From: Eledone cirrhosa
Taxonomy: Eukaryota
DNA: 64,000 nt
NCBI GenBank assembly: GCA_964016885.1
Contig: OZ024743.1
Coordinates: 255,316,001 to 255,380,000, forward strand
Reading direction: 5' to 3'
The notes beneath the pieces were generated by a model, which was given only the letters and a program-made list of their open reading frames with translations, was not told where the DNA came from and ran no database searches. A program made the translations under genes and the position numbers. Below are positions 14,411 to 29,734 of this stretch, in pieces (positions within the stretch are counted from its first letter, which is position 1; every line of letters begins with the position of its first letter).

Positions 14411-14999
14411 CAAAGCTTTGATCCTGAAAGCTTTTGCTGAGAGTTTATACAGATCTATTGAAACAGGAACAGAATTAGCAGTAAAAGTTTAATACATCAG
14501 AAAACCCACACCATCATCACCAAAGACAATCACTACCACCACCACCACCACCAAATCTAGTTAATATTCCAGGATGCACTTTAGAAAATTTAGTTGCTGC
14601 CTATGCAGTATTAAATCACCTCCTATGAGACTCTGCATGTACACACACACACACATACACATATATAGTTTGTCATCTCATTGGCTGTGCATCACTGGTT
14701 AGCAAAGTATTTACTAATAGATATGTTCCAGTATAATAGCATCCATTCGTTTCTCAGTTGAAAATCTAATTGAATGGACAGCTTTAGTGAGCTGTGTTGG
14801 TAGAGAAGTAAATAAACAATACTCATATTGCAAAAATGATTCTTAGGGATTCACATGGACACATACAAACACATATACACATGAGTGGGTGTATGTGAGT
14901 GTATATATATATATGTATGTGTGTGTGTATACACATACTCTCTATGGTGCTATATTATTTCAAATATAAAACAACAACATTTTTTCTTCTTCTTCAACA

Positions 15000-16520
15000 A
15001 CTTATTCCTGAGAGGGTCGTAGTGGCAGAGTTATCAAACACTCCTTCCAGTAGGTCTTGTCAGAAGCAACCGTTTCCAACTTATCAGGCTGGATCCTCAA
15101 GCTCATGGATGTTATCCAAATATCTTGCTCAGAGTCTACTTCTGGATCTCCTGCTGGTTGGTTTTGCCCATAAAATCTCTCCAGGAAATTTCTCATGAAA
15201 TATTCTAATCATATAGCCATAGTAACAGAAATCAATCATATAGAGTCGTCAGGGAACAAGAAGCTGACCATCAATACCATACTCCTGCAGGACCTTCCAC
15301 AGGAATACAGTCATATGCCTTTTTGAGGGCTACAAAAGAAGAATATATCTCTTTGCAATGCACCCATGATTTCTCGAAAACCTGTTGCAGTGTGAATATT
15401 TGGGTTAGTGTGCTGCATCTAGGGCAAAAATCGTATTGGTCCTTCTCCACATCTCTTTGCCAGACACTTAGCATAGACTTTACTAGGAAGGCTTAACAAG
15501 GAGATCCCTCTGTAATTAGAACAATCTCTTTTGTCATTCTTATTGTAAATTGGGACTATCACTCCAGATTGCCATTGCTTAGGTGCCTTTCCAGAGACCC
15601 AGGCCACTCAGCACACATGAGTCAGCCAGAGAATACCTTCTTTATTTAAGGCTTTTGACATCTCTGGCTAGATTTCATCTTCCCCAGCATTCTTGTCACA
15701 TTTTATCTTTTTAATTGATCTTGTGACCTCAGCCACTGAGAGATTAGTCACTGCTCCCAGATGGATACATCATAAGATGCTGTTGTGATGGGGTTTTGGA
15801 AATCAGCAAATTATTCTCTCCACATGTCTGAAGAATGGAGAACCCAAGATGCATTTCTGATAGTAGGCATGGAAAAGGACTTCTTATTACAAAGTCGGTG
15901 GATGGTGTACAATAACACTTTAGTTGCTGATCTGAAGTCATATTCCAGCTTAACCTCAAAGTCCTCCCATGTCTTAACTGTGGATGCCCTTACTGTCTCT
16001 GCTGCAGTTATATTTGCCTGCTTGTAATGCAAGTGCAGGAAGGAGGACTTATTTCCCAGCCAGAATTTGTAAGCCTCCTTTGTTCAGATGGCATCTCTTT
16101 TTCCTTTTGATTGAACCAAGGGATCCTCCTGCCATTTGATGTCACACCAAGACTTTTTTGCCCCAGCATTTAACAACTGAAGCAGAAACTGCACAATCTG
16201 CACTTACTTTGAAGAACCTCATTTTTCTCAGGGAGTTCTCTAAATTTGGATGGAATAGTATCTGCCTATTGGTCCTGATTTTCTTATCCACCAACACTTC
16301 CCACTTTATCCTGTAGGTTGCCCTGGACCTGCCAGTTTTAAGTGCTTCTTTTGTTTTATGTAGTCTCAAGTTGCAGATAACTAGATGGTAATCACTTGAC
16401 ACCTCAGCCTGTCTCTTAACACATACACCCTGCACAGAATTGAAGAGATCAGAGACAATAACAAAATCAATTATTGATCTCTGTCTCTGATTCTCCTAAT
16501 ACCATGTATATTTCTGGATG
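15000..16520 (-). mobile_element. Degraded RTE-clade LINE (EN C-terminus to RT)
   Basis: SIIDFVIVS / EVSSDYHLV (AP-endonuclease end), WQSGVIVPIYNKNDKRDCSNYRGISLLSLPSKVYAKCL, QIFTLQQVFEKSW..FVALKKAYD. Many frameshifts. Confidence 0.9.
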
Positions 16521-16789
16521 AATACCCTCTTCCAGCACAGAGAGCAAAATATATATGAGCTATTAAATATTGAAACTCCTTCATTAATGTTTACTCTTCC
16601 CATGTCTCTCTCCCTCTCTCTCTATATATATATATAATAATGACATATTATCTTTGTCTTTATCCTTTCTTTGCCAGGGAACGTTTCCACGAACCAAAGT
16701 ATCGTCTTCCTTTCTTCCTTCGGTTGCAACGCTTTTTTTAAATATTTACTTCTGCGTTCACAGATTGACTTTTTCAGAAGATCCCATTA

Positions 16790-18780
16790 AGGGTGAAAGC
16801 AGCGATTCTTTGCTTAAACTTTAATCTGTTAAATAACAACTGCTTAGTTAAAAATATAGTATACAATTGTAATGTTAATACTGACTCTAATTCTTTTAAC
16901 TACGTCGGTTCCACATCGACGGAATTTAAACTTCGCTATAATAACCACAAGAATTCTTTCACAGATCCAAGCAAAAAATCTTCAACGGCACTATCAGGCG
17001 TACTCTGGCAACTTAAGCTTGATAACGTTAGATATTCGACGGCTTGGAATATAGTCTCAAGAGGGATTCCTTTTAATTCATCCTCTGAGACATGTGACCT
17101 CTGCGCAGAGGAGATATTCTTTATACTAAAATCTAAAAATTCCCTTAATCTACGGACAAATTTATTCAGTTGTTGCAAACATAGATTAAACTCAACGTTT
17201 AAATATAAATTTAAATTTAAAATGTGGTATATTTAGTTTGATTTATATTTATATGGGAAACTAGCCGATAAATCTTTGATTCCTTCTTTTTATTCTTTTT
17301 GATTGTTTATTTTTATTTTATTTTTATTTAAACATTCCTCATGAAAAATTAAGCTACCCTAAAAGCTGATGCTCCAAATATGTTGATACCTTACACTAGA
17401 TAAACCTCTATATTAAATATAAGAACACATGTAGACCAAATTGGGCATCATAAACTTTTTGAAATGATCTTTGCTAGATGTGATTTGATAGACAATTTTT
17501 GGCTTTGTCTGTTTTTCGACTCTGATGCTTATAATGAACTTGGCAATATATTGTCAATTAATTTTGAAGGGTTGATCTTTGTGGTTTATTTTTATTTTTT
17601 ATTTTTTATTATTTTTTATTATTGTAGTATTTTCTAATATTTTTTATTTTTATTTTTAATATCTTTAATATGTAAATTTTTTAATATGTAATATTTTTAA
17701 TATGTAATATTCTTTCGTAATATTTTTTTAGCTTTCTATTTTATTATTACTTATTATTATTATTATTGTTATTTTTTTAGTTTTGTTTCTGATATATACT
17801 TTTATTAGTATATTGAAATCTGCTCTCTATTTCTGCTTGATAGATAATCTTGTAGAGTAAAGACAGGAATAATAATACACATATATGTATACTCAAATTT
17901 TTATACCACATTGAGAATGTTTTCCGTGAACTTAGAGTTTGCAGTGTTGATCATGTGGATTCACATGGATGTTTGTAGCTATCACATAAACATATGAATT
18001 TTTTTAAAAAACTAAACATAAGATAATTAATTTTCACACACTATGGATACTTGTCTCATTCAGGAATACTGATATTTACAATATAGTGGAAGTTTTATAA
18101 ATACTAATACATTAAAACATAGGGTTTTTACGCCTCGAATATATCTGGCTATTTTTAAATTTTTTCTCTCGCTATTTTTTCTCTCTCTATATTTTTTCTC
18201 TCTATATATATCTCCCTTACATTAATACTAGAGCTAAATAAATAAATAAATAAATAAATAAATGTATCATTGATACATTTACTCAACTGACCTCCCACTA
18301 CCTAATTTTCTATATATATATGTATCTATCTCTATTTCCTCTCTCTCTCTATATATATATCTCTTTCTGTTTCTTTACATGAAGTTCTTCTCTTTATCTA
18401 TCTCTCCATCTCTCTACTTTGTTCCATGCATTTCTTCTTTTTCTTCCTTTTCTTCGTTTTCTGTCTTTCTTTCTTTTTTTTTTCTCTCTTTCTTTCTCTC
18501 TGTGTAAAATTTTTTCACTGCCAGCTCAACCTCTTCAAATGCAAGTCGGTGTTGTTACGGTATGTCGAATCTATTTATCTATAAAACTGTTTATATTGTA
18601 TTTTGTCTGAGGAAGGCATAGCATATTGTTAATATGATATCCCCGAAATATATATAATGAAATAAATATGGTTTTATAAATATAGTTTCCATTTATTTAA
18701 TATTGTAAATATACTCCAAATATTTGTCGAGTGCTTTTATATCAGTTATAAATATTTACTAGTTGTAACCCAACAATTTT
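16790..18780 (+). mobile_element. 5'-truncated Penelope-like element (GIY-YIG end, long AT-rich 3' region, hammerhead)
   Basis: ORF 16793-17236: CLVKNIVYNC..YVGSTSTEFKLRYNNH..STALS..CDLCAEE..LN.R..CCKH. Hammerhead motif at 18599-18664 in the same orientation. Right boundary approximate. Confidence 0.8.
18599..18664 (+). ncRNA. Hammerhead ribozyme motif (type I, PLE-type)
   Basis: UAUUUUGU-CUGAGGA-(stem II with CAUAUU/AAUAUG)-GAAA-UAUAUAUA-AUGAAAUA; stem I is 8 bp with two G-U pairs. Confidence 0.65.
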
Positions 18781-19272
18781 AAATATAACTTTCCATATAT
18801 ATATATATATATATTTGATTTAGGATTTTAATTTTTATTTCCAACTCTCACTCTTAACTTCCAACGTAAAACCATGATACCTAGAATAAGTTTATTTTCC
18901 CTTATAAGGTGATGGTCAGTCGTACCGTCAACGCTTAGTGAGGGGTAGTATTATGACCTGTAAAAACTAACACTCTCCCATCCCCTCTGGCTCTCGGCTG
19001 ACTGCCACAGCCATGATGGGTAGCAGTAATATATGATACAGGCATTGGTGGGCCATTGTTTTGGATGACGGGGTGAACTGACTAAGCAAATTTCGTTGAA
19101 GTCCACGGTGGCGAATGGTCAACTTCCTTTGGACATGCGCTTGCGCAGGCCGGTGGGGGTGAATTGGTACTCACAAGGGAGCGGATGAAAAACCCCAAAA
19201 CACGCAATGCATCCGTTCCCTTGTCGATCCAATTTGGATTGCCTCGGAAACATAACCTTATTATGTAACAAA

Positions 19273-19344
19273 CTGTCTGATGATGACACGACACTCGCAT
19301 ACAGAACAGTGTGGCCAGTGTCGTCACTGAAATATATATCACAG
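19273..19344 (+). ncRNA. Hammerhead ribozyme motif in a non-coding PLE-LTR-like segment (~18815-19400)
   Basis: CUGU-CUGAUGA-(stem II ACGACACU/AGUGUCGU)-GAAA-UAUAUAUC-ACAG. Confidence 0.7.
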
Positions 19345-19412
19345 CATTATTATTAAAGGACTTGAACATCTGAAACTACTTCGCTTTTCCTTATTCTATA
19401 TATATATATATA

Positions 19413-21195
19413 TCATCATCATCATCATCATCGTTTAATGTCCATGTTCCACGCTTGCATGGGTTTGGACGGGAGTTTTCCCACTTGAGGCAAGAGTGGT
19501 TGTCTTGCTCGCATAGGACTGTCTGGCGGGTTTTCTACAGTTGGATGCCCTTCCTAACACCAACCACATTTACAGTGTGGGGCTGGGAGGTTTTTACCGT
19601 GTTGCCTACACGGCCACATTTACAGTGTGGACTGTCTGGCGGGTTTTCTACAGCTCGATGCCCTTCCTAACACCAACCACATTTACAGTGTGGGACCGGG
19701 AGGTTTTTACCGTGTTGCCTACACGGTCACATTACAGCGTGGACTGTGTGTTTTTTGTCGTGACACCTACACAATCTCATTTGTTTCGGCCTGGATTTTG
19801 TGGCACCAACATAACTTTACATTGAAAGGGGCGGTGTGGATGGGGTGGGGTTGGTGGGACGGGGGTGTATTTTGTTAGAGATGCCTACTGACTGTAGTAG
19901 GTTTTACTTTGTATTTAGGTAAGGCGGATCTTCTCTATTACTGAGTACCGCCAAAGGTCTCGGTCCAGTGACATTGTCTTGGAGAGGTGTAAGTGTGTGA
20001 GGTCGGAATTTATCAGCTCGTCCAGGTTTTTCTGGCTCTGCATACTCCGTGGCTACCGTCTATCTTTATTGCCCTGCACTTTGCTATACAGCTGTCGTCT
20101 TTCATGTGCGTCACGTGACCATACCAACGTAGCCTTCTCTCGAGTAAACAACATCTGATCCCTCTTATTTCTAATTTTTTCCTTAGTTCGTTTATGCTTT
20201 GCCGTTCGCGTATATTACTATTACACATCCAGCGGAGCATGCAAGCTTCGTTCCTCTCTAGTCTGCGTATATCCTCTGCACACAATGCCCAGGTCTCACT
20301 GCCATGCAACATTGCTGTTCGTATGCAGGCATCATACAACCTGCCTTTCATTTTTAGGGAGAACCCTTTAGCGGCTAATAGTGGTATAAGCTCTCTGAAC
20401 TTTTTCCATCCAGTTCTGACTCTAGCTACTGTACTTTCAGAGCACCCTCCCCCACTGCTGATTTTGTCACCCAGGTAACGGAAGCTGTCCACTATTTCTA
20501 TAGAACCCTCTGCGCAGTTGAAAGAGCTAGTATTTTGTGGGCACTTGCTGCTACTTATTGCACCAGAGCACCAGCCACATGTAAAATCTGTGTTCTTAGT
20601 TAGCTTACCTGTGATCCCACTACATCTTTTATGCACCCATACTTTGCATTTAGGACATAAAATGGAGTTTCTACCTACGCCTATCCTACACACTGAGCAT
20701 GGCCATTTCCCGGAAGGGACCGGCGCCTTATTTTCTTTCCTACAAACTAGAACTTTAGTCTTAGCCAGGTTAATTTTAAGGCCTTTTGATTCTAGGCCGT
20801 GCTTCCATGTTTGGAATTTCTTCTCTAGCTCGGCCATTGATTCAGCTATGAGCGTTAGGTCATCTGCGTATAGGAGTTCCCATGGGCAGCCGGTCTTGAA
20901 CTCCACTGTTATAGCCTGAAGAGCAATAATAAATAGTAGTGGGCTAAGAACAGAGCCCTGATGGACACCAACTTTTACGCTAAACTCTTCACTATATTCG
21001 TTGTTAATTCTAACCTTGCTCACTGTTTCTTTATACATGGCTTGTATAGCTCTCACAAGCCATTCGTCAACACCTAGTTTTCTAAGAGTCCACCAGATAA
21101 TGGAACGGGGGACTCTGTCGAAGGCTTTCTCCAAGTCGACAAAGGCTAAGTATAGGGGTTTACTTTTAGCTAGGTACTTCTCCTGTAGTTGTCGT

Positions 21196-21199
<4 letters not shown>
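19413..21199 (-). mobile_element. 5'-truncated RTE-clade LINE with open RT C-terminal ORF
   Basis: ORF 20013-21199: FVDLEKAFD, GVHQGSVLSPLLF, YADD, C4HC3 finger, RRLRWYGHV. The 3' UTR has a duplicated ~108-bp block and a (GAT)n tail; flanked by TA. Confidence 0.95.
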
Positions 21200-21227
<28 letters not shown>

Positions 21228-21689
21228 CGCATACATACATAAATATACAAACGCTAGATGTACATATATCCATAATTCATTTATTGATAATTTGTCATAT
21301 CACATATATTTTTTTAACTTTATAATCATGTAATACCACCATCATGCAACCACCCACATGATTCATCAAACAGTATCTTAAGTAATAAGTATACACATGA
21401 CGTTGAGTGCTTGAATCTAATTCAATCGTCATTTACTGATTGGAGTCTAGCATATGCAACCCTGGTTAGTCAACAGTTTATAACACAAACTTAGGTGTAT
21501 CAGATATATATCCCCAACAACGAAAGTTGCAGTTACTAATAACACTTTTATGTTACTAATAACACTTTTATGCAGCTCAGAGTCATGGACACTCTATCAT
21601 ACCCACGATTATAAGCTTGATGTCTTTCACAAACATTGTCTTTACTCTATCTCTGGGTTTGCCTTTTCTTACAGAGTCTCCAATGCTGA

Positions 21690-22182
21690 TCTGTTCTTTG
21701 GGTGGGATTGAGTCATTTCTCATACAATGCCAGTTTATATTGGCTGGTTATGTCTTACAGATGACTGATGACAGCGCACTCAAAGGTCTGTTATACAGTC
21801 AACTTCATAATGGTGCACATAATATAGGCAGACTTATATTTAATCAAATATAAAGACACACTGAAGTAGATTGTAAAATCTGTGAATATACTTCTTACTT
21901 CTTTTGAAACCCTAGCTGCTGACCATGGACAATGGAGAACAGTTTGCCATGAAGAAATAAAGAACTTTGAAAAATCTCATTGGGTCCATCTTCATGACCT
22001 AAGACCTAGCATCAAGTTTCCATCAAACTTTCCATCCTGCTCCACTCGAATTCCTATTATCTGTATTAAATGCATTAAAGGCAGAAGCTGGACTGCAGTA
22101 CCATTTAAGGCATAACGATAAGAAATAAATTGAGAAGACTTTTGGACCCTCATACTTCGAAACACGATAGGAGAGTCCATCA
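21690..22182 (+). mobile_element. Old RTE (BovB-like) 3' fragment
   Basis: LAGYVLQMTDDSALKGLLYSQL..GR..KDTLK..FETLAADHGQWR..CIKC, a degenerate RTE C-terminus. Confidence 0.7.
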
Positions 22183-22183
22183 T

Positions 22184-22301
<118 letters not shown>

Positions 22302-23549
22302 TGGGAAGTGAGATAATGATATTGATAGTAGACAGTTGTTTGAATGTTTGATCATCTGAGACATTCTCATTATATTAATGTGTAAATGGTTGAGTATTCC
22401 ACAGACACATGGACCCTTTACCCTATTGATACCAAATCCCCTGAAACTGCACTGATTCTATGATATAAAGCTGCTTGTTTGAAAGTGCTTTTAGTTATCT
22501 AAAACTTTTCCTCATATATTTATATAAAAACTTTTCTAAGTAGGCTTTTGGAACATAACTTAATAAAGATTCTTGCATAGAGAAATATAAACTTTAAAAC
22601 ATGTCTTACAGGTTTTTATCAAAATGTTTTATTAGTTGTTTAATGACATATAGATCCTATTAATCACTTATAAAATTGAAATACCACATGTAAATTACTA
22701 CTAGGTGACTAGTGCTGGTGCTACACTCAGTAAAGTGGTTGGTGTTAAGAAGAGCATCTAGCCATAGAAACCATGTCAAACAAAAGGCTGAGAGTATTTC
22801 TATTAATATCAAGGACGTGAAAACCTGCTCAGAGTTGATGCCACAGTAAAATACTTTCAGAATATCTGGAAAAGTGGTTAGTGATAGGAAAGCCATCCAA
22901 CTGTAGGGATCATTCTCAAACTGGAATGTAAAAAGTGAAATGTGAACACTTTGTGGTGATCTGAGAGGTCATTAAGTACTGACTAGGTCTGTAACAACCT
23001 ATCATTCCCATGTGAGCAGGAAAAAAAAAATACATGTTAAATGATGATGAGGATGATGATATATGATGGAATTCTGCAGTTTCTCTCTACCAATTTGTAC
23101 ACACAATATATTGCTCAACCCAGTAGCAGACATCTTCCCAAAGTATTACACAACCCAAGACAGTAGTAGCAAAATCTGGCCCAATGTGCCATGCTATGAG
23201 AGGGAAACCGAAATCTTGAGGTTGCAAATTGAACTTATTAACCATGCAAACATCCCTATTTCCTATGTTTATATATAAAGCACACATGCATAAATGCTAC
23301 ACTTCAATAGAATAAAGTCACTGACGACATACATGAATGCACACTTCTACAAAACGCACACACACATACATACACACATATATACACAAAGACAACACAA
23401 TCACATTCACAGGGTGATATACTGAAGAGCAACCACATATGGCTAAGTTGCATGTATGAGGAAGAAGAGGATGTGTTGTCTGTGCAATACAAATGAGGAA
23501 TCGCGTTATCCATGTATACAGGACATAATTAATTCACAGTTGATATGAT

Positions 23550-24977
<1,428 letters not shown>

Positions 24978-25884
24978 TTATCATCATAGTTTTTCCATGT
25001 TTGCATGGAATAAGCAACACATGAAAAATGCAAGATGGCTCAGCGCTATCCACATCAGTACACATGTTGTAAGTGAAGTCAAGCATGAAACACATGCAGA
25101 GACATCTAATTTTCAGCTGGACATAATTTGAAATATTATCATGTAACATATGGCATAGAAAATATGAATAAATATGTATGTTGACAATTAACTGAAATGT
25201 CATACTGAATATATCATCATCATGATCATCACCATTTTACGTCCGTTCTTCCACTAGCATGGGTTAGACAGGTTGTCCTGTTGTGAGCAATGTCCAGTCA
25301 GCTGACCTTGTCTTGCTCATATGGGAACTGTATATATATATATACACACACACACTTTCAATGACTGAGATATTATATGTCACACATATGGACACATATA
25401 TATATAAATGTATCATGACAAGGATGAAAATGATAATGGTGATTTACAAATAGACACATGCATATGCAGTCGTATAAATCTCTCTCATATATATATAATT
25501 TAGACAATCTTGAGTTGATTCTTTCTATGTATGAGTACATTTATTATCATCATTATATATATGTAAATAATGCTATGTTCTTGTAGTGACTCTCCAGAAA
25601 CTCTTTGGCACTACTTGTTCCAATGTAGAAACTATCAGTCTGAGAGAAACTATCAGTCTGTTGAAACCAATTTTTAAAAAACTAACAAGATTGGAAGTTC
25701 AACATATGATTACAGGTCTACCAAATAGATATAAACAAAATTATTGAGTACATGGAAGATACGAAAAGTTCCAACAACAAAAACTTCTAGCTGTTTTACA
25801 ACTTCCCTTGTTTCCTTTTTTATTTTTCATTTTCTTAGGCATAATCTGCCTCACATTGGCCTTCAATATTTGAAATGTTATTTT

Positions 25885-26310
25885 TGTTGGAGCTCTGAAA
25901 TAGTGATGTATATGTGAATGTACGTATTGTATATTTAATAATATACTGTATGTTTATTGAAAAACATATTGAAGGCCTTTCGCTATGAATTTAAGGTAGT
26001 GATTATAGTCACATACCTAGCTTCAACAAAAACAAAGGGAAATAATCGATAGCCATTTCTTGCTGTTTAGTGATTATCAAGGCTTTATATTGCCTCTGTT
26101 TTTTGCTGTGAGATGTAGAAGCTGGATTCTTATAGAATACCAATTATGTTTATGAGTTGTTTAAACTCATTAACATACAGAGCATTTGCTGGCTCAGCAA
26201 CAATTAGAAATTTGTGTTGGAGCTCTGAAATAGTGATGTATGTATGAATGTACATATTATATATTTAATAATATACTGCATGTTTATTTTTAAAACATTT
26301 TGAAGACCTT
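25885..26310 (-). repeat. Decayed relative (330-bp period, ~1.3 units) of the 310-bp hammerhead repeat
   Basis: AGCTCTGAAATAGTGATGTAT at 25891 and 26221. Shares GCTCTGAAATAG, TGTTTAT..AAACAT.TTGAAG.CCT, TTATAGAATAC and AATTAGAAATT in the same order as the 38-40 kb unit. Confidence 0.75.
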
Positions 26311-26458
26311 TTTTATTTTAGTTTTTAGTTTATTTTCCTTTTCTTTTTAATACTTGTCTCACTAGCTCTTTTTGGTTACCAACTGTAAGGAGTATTCAAT
26401 ACATTCCTGAGTCTGTCATGGCTTACTAGCTCTATATGGACGTTTAAATTGAATAAAT

Positions 26459-26814
26459 TGTAGAAGATCACGCCATCGAGCGTCGACTGTGAAGACAGTC
26501 GATTAACTGCCCTTAGTTCTGATGTCAGTAGCTGAAACAATATTTATTAAACGATGATCTCCTCGGCAAAATAGACGTGCTATCTCTATTCAGTGATCCA
26601 AAGGATGACATCATACCATGCGGCAGTATACGACGACTTAAATATATCCCAACCTAGGAGCACTAAAGTATTTGAATATATTCTGTAATTGCTCCTATAT
26701 AAAAAATATTTTTATAACATAAAATTGAGGTATGTTCCTTATTCCTTCTTTGAGTATGGGCCAGTAAACAATATCCAATTAGACGGGATGACTGACGACC
26801 AGCGCCTACCTAAA
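26459..26814 (+). repeat. Gypsy 5' LTR
   Basis: TGTAGAAGATCACGCCATC...CCTAAA; matches 29735-30091. Confidence 0.9.
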
Positions 26815-27136
26815 GTGGTGATCCTCGACGATTAAATATGAAAACGCAGCCTGCTTAATTTCACCATTCGTTTTAAATTGAAAATTGTTCGTCTTACACA
26901 AAAAAAATGTTTCTAAAAATGGCTGACTGGCCAGCTAACATTCCCACACATTGTCTTTATTCTTCAAATGCAGCTATCTGATTGGCTTAGCCACGTCACG
27001 CGACCATATCCTTGTTTTGGAAAAGAAATGCGACGCCATCTTGTTTCATAATGACTGTCTCGAATCACAGATACCACCAATTGTGCTGTTTTCCCATAGT
27101 TCTGAACATTACTTACTTTTATTCGTCCTTGTGGAA

Positions 27137-29445
27137 ACATTGACAATGAATGGTCCTAATTTACCTGCTTCTTCTTCACATTCGAACCAGCCTGTCTCGA
27201 CACGCGAGGATGCCATATTAAAGGCTATTGACGCTGTGACGCAGCAAGTCGCTCGATTATGCAGGGAGAATAGGCCGCATTCCCAGCGGCCTAGGAGTCG
27301 TTCGCGACTCCACGTCAGCATACTACTTCGCCCGCCAGCAATCCATTATTTTGCTGGTATCATGCCACCTTCGCGGATAAGGCAAAACATTGCCGGCCTC
27401 CATGTAAATATTCAACTTCGGGAAATGTAGATCAGAGTCACGAAAGGCGGTAAGTGAACTCTGCGAGACACAACAGAACCGCCATTTCTTCATAGAGGAC
27501 CTCCTGTCTGGAAGAGCCTTCCTCGTAGACACAGGAGCTTCGTGCAGTATTTGGCCTGTCAATTGTATGACAGTAACTCCTCCTGAGTCATCAATGAATC
27601 TACAAGCTGTCAATCATTCGCCGATACGGACTTTTGGACAAATCTCGCTTCCTTTGTAATTCAGAAATCTTCGACGAGAATTCAAATGGATTTTTACGGT
27701 TGCTGACCTACCATATCCGATCTTGGGAGCGGATTTTCTACACCATTTTGCATTGACGGTAGACGTCCGTGGCCGACGACATTACTGTTCTTTCTCTTCG
27801 TGGCCAGAAAGCTAATATTCCAACGGTTAGCCCGACCCTTTTCATCGCTAATGCTGGGAATCCCTATCATGTATTGTTGAATTCTTTCCCACAGCTTACT
27901 CAGGGAAATTTTCGAGTTGTCGAACCGACTCACACAACGGAGCATTTTATCTCTACAACTAGCGCCCCAGTGTTCTCACGTCCTCATCGCTTGTCTGCGG
28001 ACAAATTGAAGGCAGCACGGTCCGAGTTCGACCACATGCTGCAGCTAGGTATAATTCGCCCTTCTACGAGCCCTTGGGCTTCTCCGTTGCACATGGTACG
28101 CAAGACTTCTGGCGACAGGAGACCCACTGGAGATTATAGGAAGTTAAATGCTATAACTGTCCCGGATAGATCTCCTATTCCACACCTGCAAGATTTTGCA
28201 TCGTCATTGCACTGATGTAAAATATTCTCGAAGCTCGATTTGGTGCGAGCCTATCATCAGATTCCTGTCAAGAAAGAAGATATTCTGAAAACGGCCATTA
28301 CGACTCCATTTGGATCATTCGAATTTCTTACCATGCCTTTCGGACTTAGGAATGCTGCTAGCACCTTTCAACGGTTTATGGATGAGGTCACTCGTGATTT
28401 AGACTTCGTCTACACTTATATTGATGATCTGCTTATTGCTAGTTCCTCCAGAGAAGAACAAATACGTCATTTGAATCTTTTGTTTTGTCGACTCAAGGAT
28501 TACAGTGTTCAAATAAATACCACAAAATGTGTTTTCGGTGCGGAATCGCTGAATATTTTAGGTCATGTCATTGACTCCGAGGGTATTCGACCCCTCCCTC
28601 AACGAGTTCAGGCTATAGAGGATTTGCCTCCGCCGACCTCACTTCGTCAGTTGCGACAATTCCTAGGACTGATAAATTTCTATAGACGTTTTGTTCCGCG
28701 TTGTGCTAATCTACTCTTCTCTCTTACTGAGATTCTGAAAAATTGCCGCAAGAAAAATCTCTTCCATGAATTAATGAGAATCATCGGCGCTAAACGCATC
28801 CGAACGACTGCATATCATCCTGCCTCTAATTGAATGGTGCAGCGTTTCCACCGACAACTAATAGCCGCTCTACGGACTTCTCCTGACTCTACGCGTTGGA
28901 GCGAGTACCTCCCGATTGTGTTGTTGGGGATTCGGTCATCAATAAAGGAGGACCTTGGGTTCTCCCCGGCCGGTTTATTGTATGGTGCTCCTCTAGCGTT
29001 GCTTTGGCAAATGCTTGCCCCTGTCGAATTTGCTGCACAAGATCCGCTTTCCTACGTATCCCGTCTGCGTTCTTATTTTCAGGACCTGCCGCCGATGGAT
29101 ACGGGGAAACAAACTGTAAAATCTGCAGTCCCGAGGGATATTTCCTCGTGGCCCCATGTGTTCGTAAGAAACGATACTGTGAGACCACCTCTCACATGAC
29201 CGTACTCTGGACCCTACCGTGTGTTGGCTCGTTCTGATAAACATTTCACTGTAGACATTAAGGAATCCAGAGAGACCATTGTGGTTGATAGACTTAAACG
29301 GGCTCACACAGATGCTCACACACCTGAGCCACATACACCCCCATCTTTCTCTTTTACACACACACCTGCTTCTTTGCCCACCCACATCACCAATATTTAA
29401 GACTACGACCCGTTCCGGTCGGAGGGTTCATTGGCCACAAAAAAC
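27137..29445 (+). pseudogene. Disrupted gag(C-term)-pol
   Basis: ORF pieces 26951-27430, 27769-28215, 28240-28833 and 28834-29199 with stops and frameshifts; RNase H and the N-terminal integrase are absent. Confidence 0.9.
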
Positions 29446-29734
29446 TGTAGCATGGTATATTTTTAAACTGCTATTGTGCGATGCTTTAATCCTGTAGTGA
29501 CTTTTGGAACTTTTAGGAAATTGTATTTATATTTTATTACATTTGGTTTTTTTTTACTTTCACGTTCTTGCATGTTTGTTTAATATGTATTTTTGAAATT
29601 TGTTGTGCTCTTCATGCTCGGCTGGGCTGATTGCTCCTTTGTTTGGGATTTTTGATGGTTGCTAATCGGTTTTTCTACATACATGATTCGATTTAATTTT
29701 CGATTTAATTTTCTAAAAATCTGGTGGGAGACCA

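Noticed and set aside
16675-16720. Possible minus-strand hammerhead (GGAAGA...GAAACGUUC)
   Set aside because: Lacks the CUGA of the core and a convincing helix I.
26370-26395. Reverse PBS-like TTGGTTACCAACTGT just upstream of the Gypsy LTR
   Set aside because: Short match only; no second LTR or internal sequence found.
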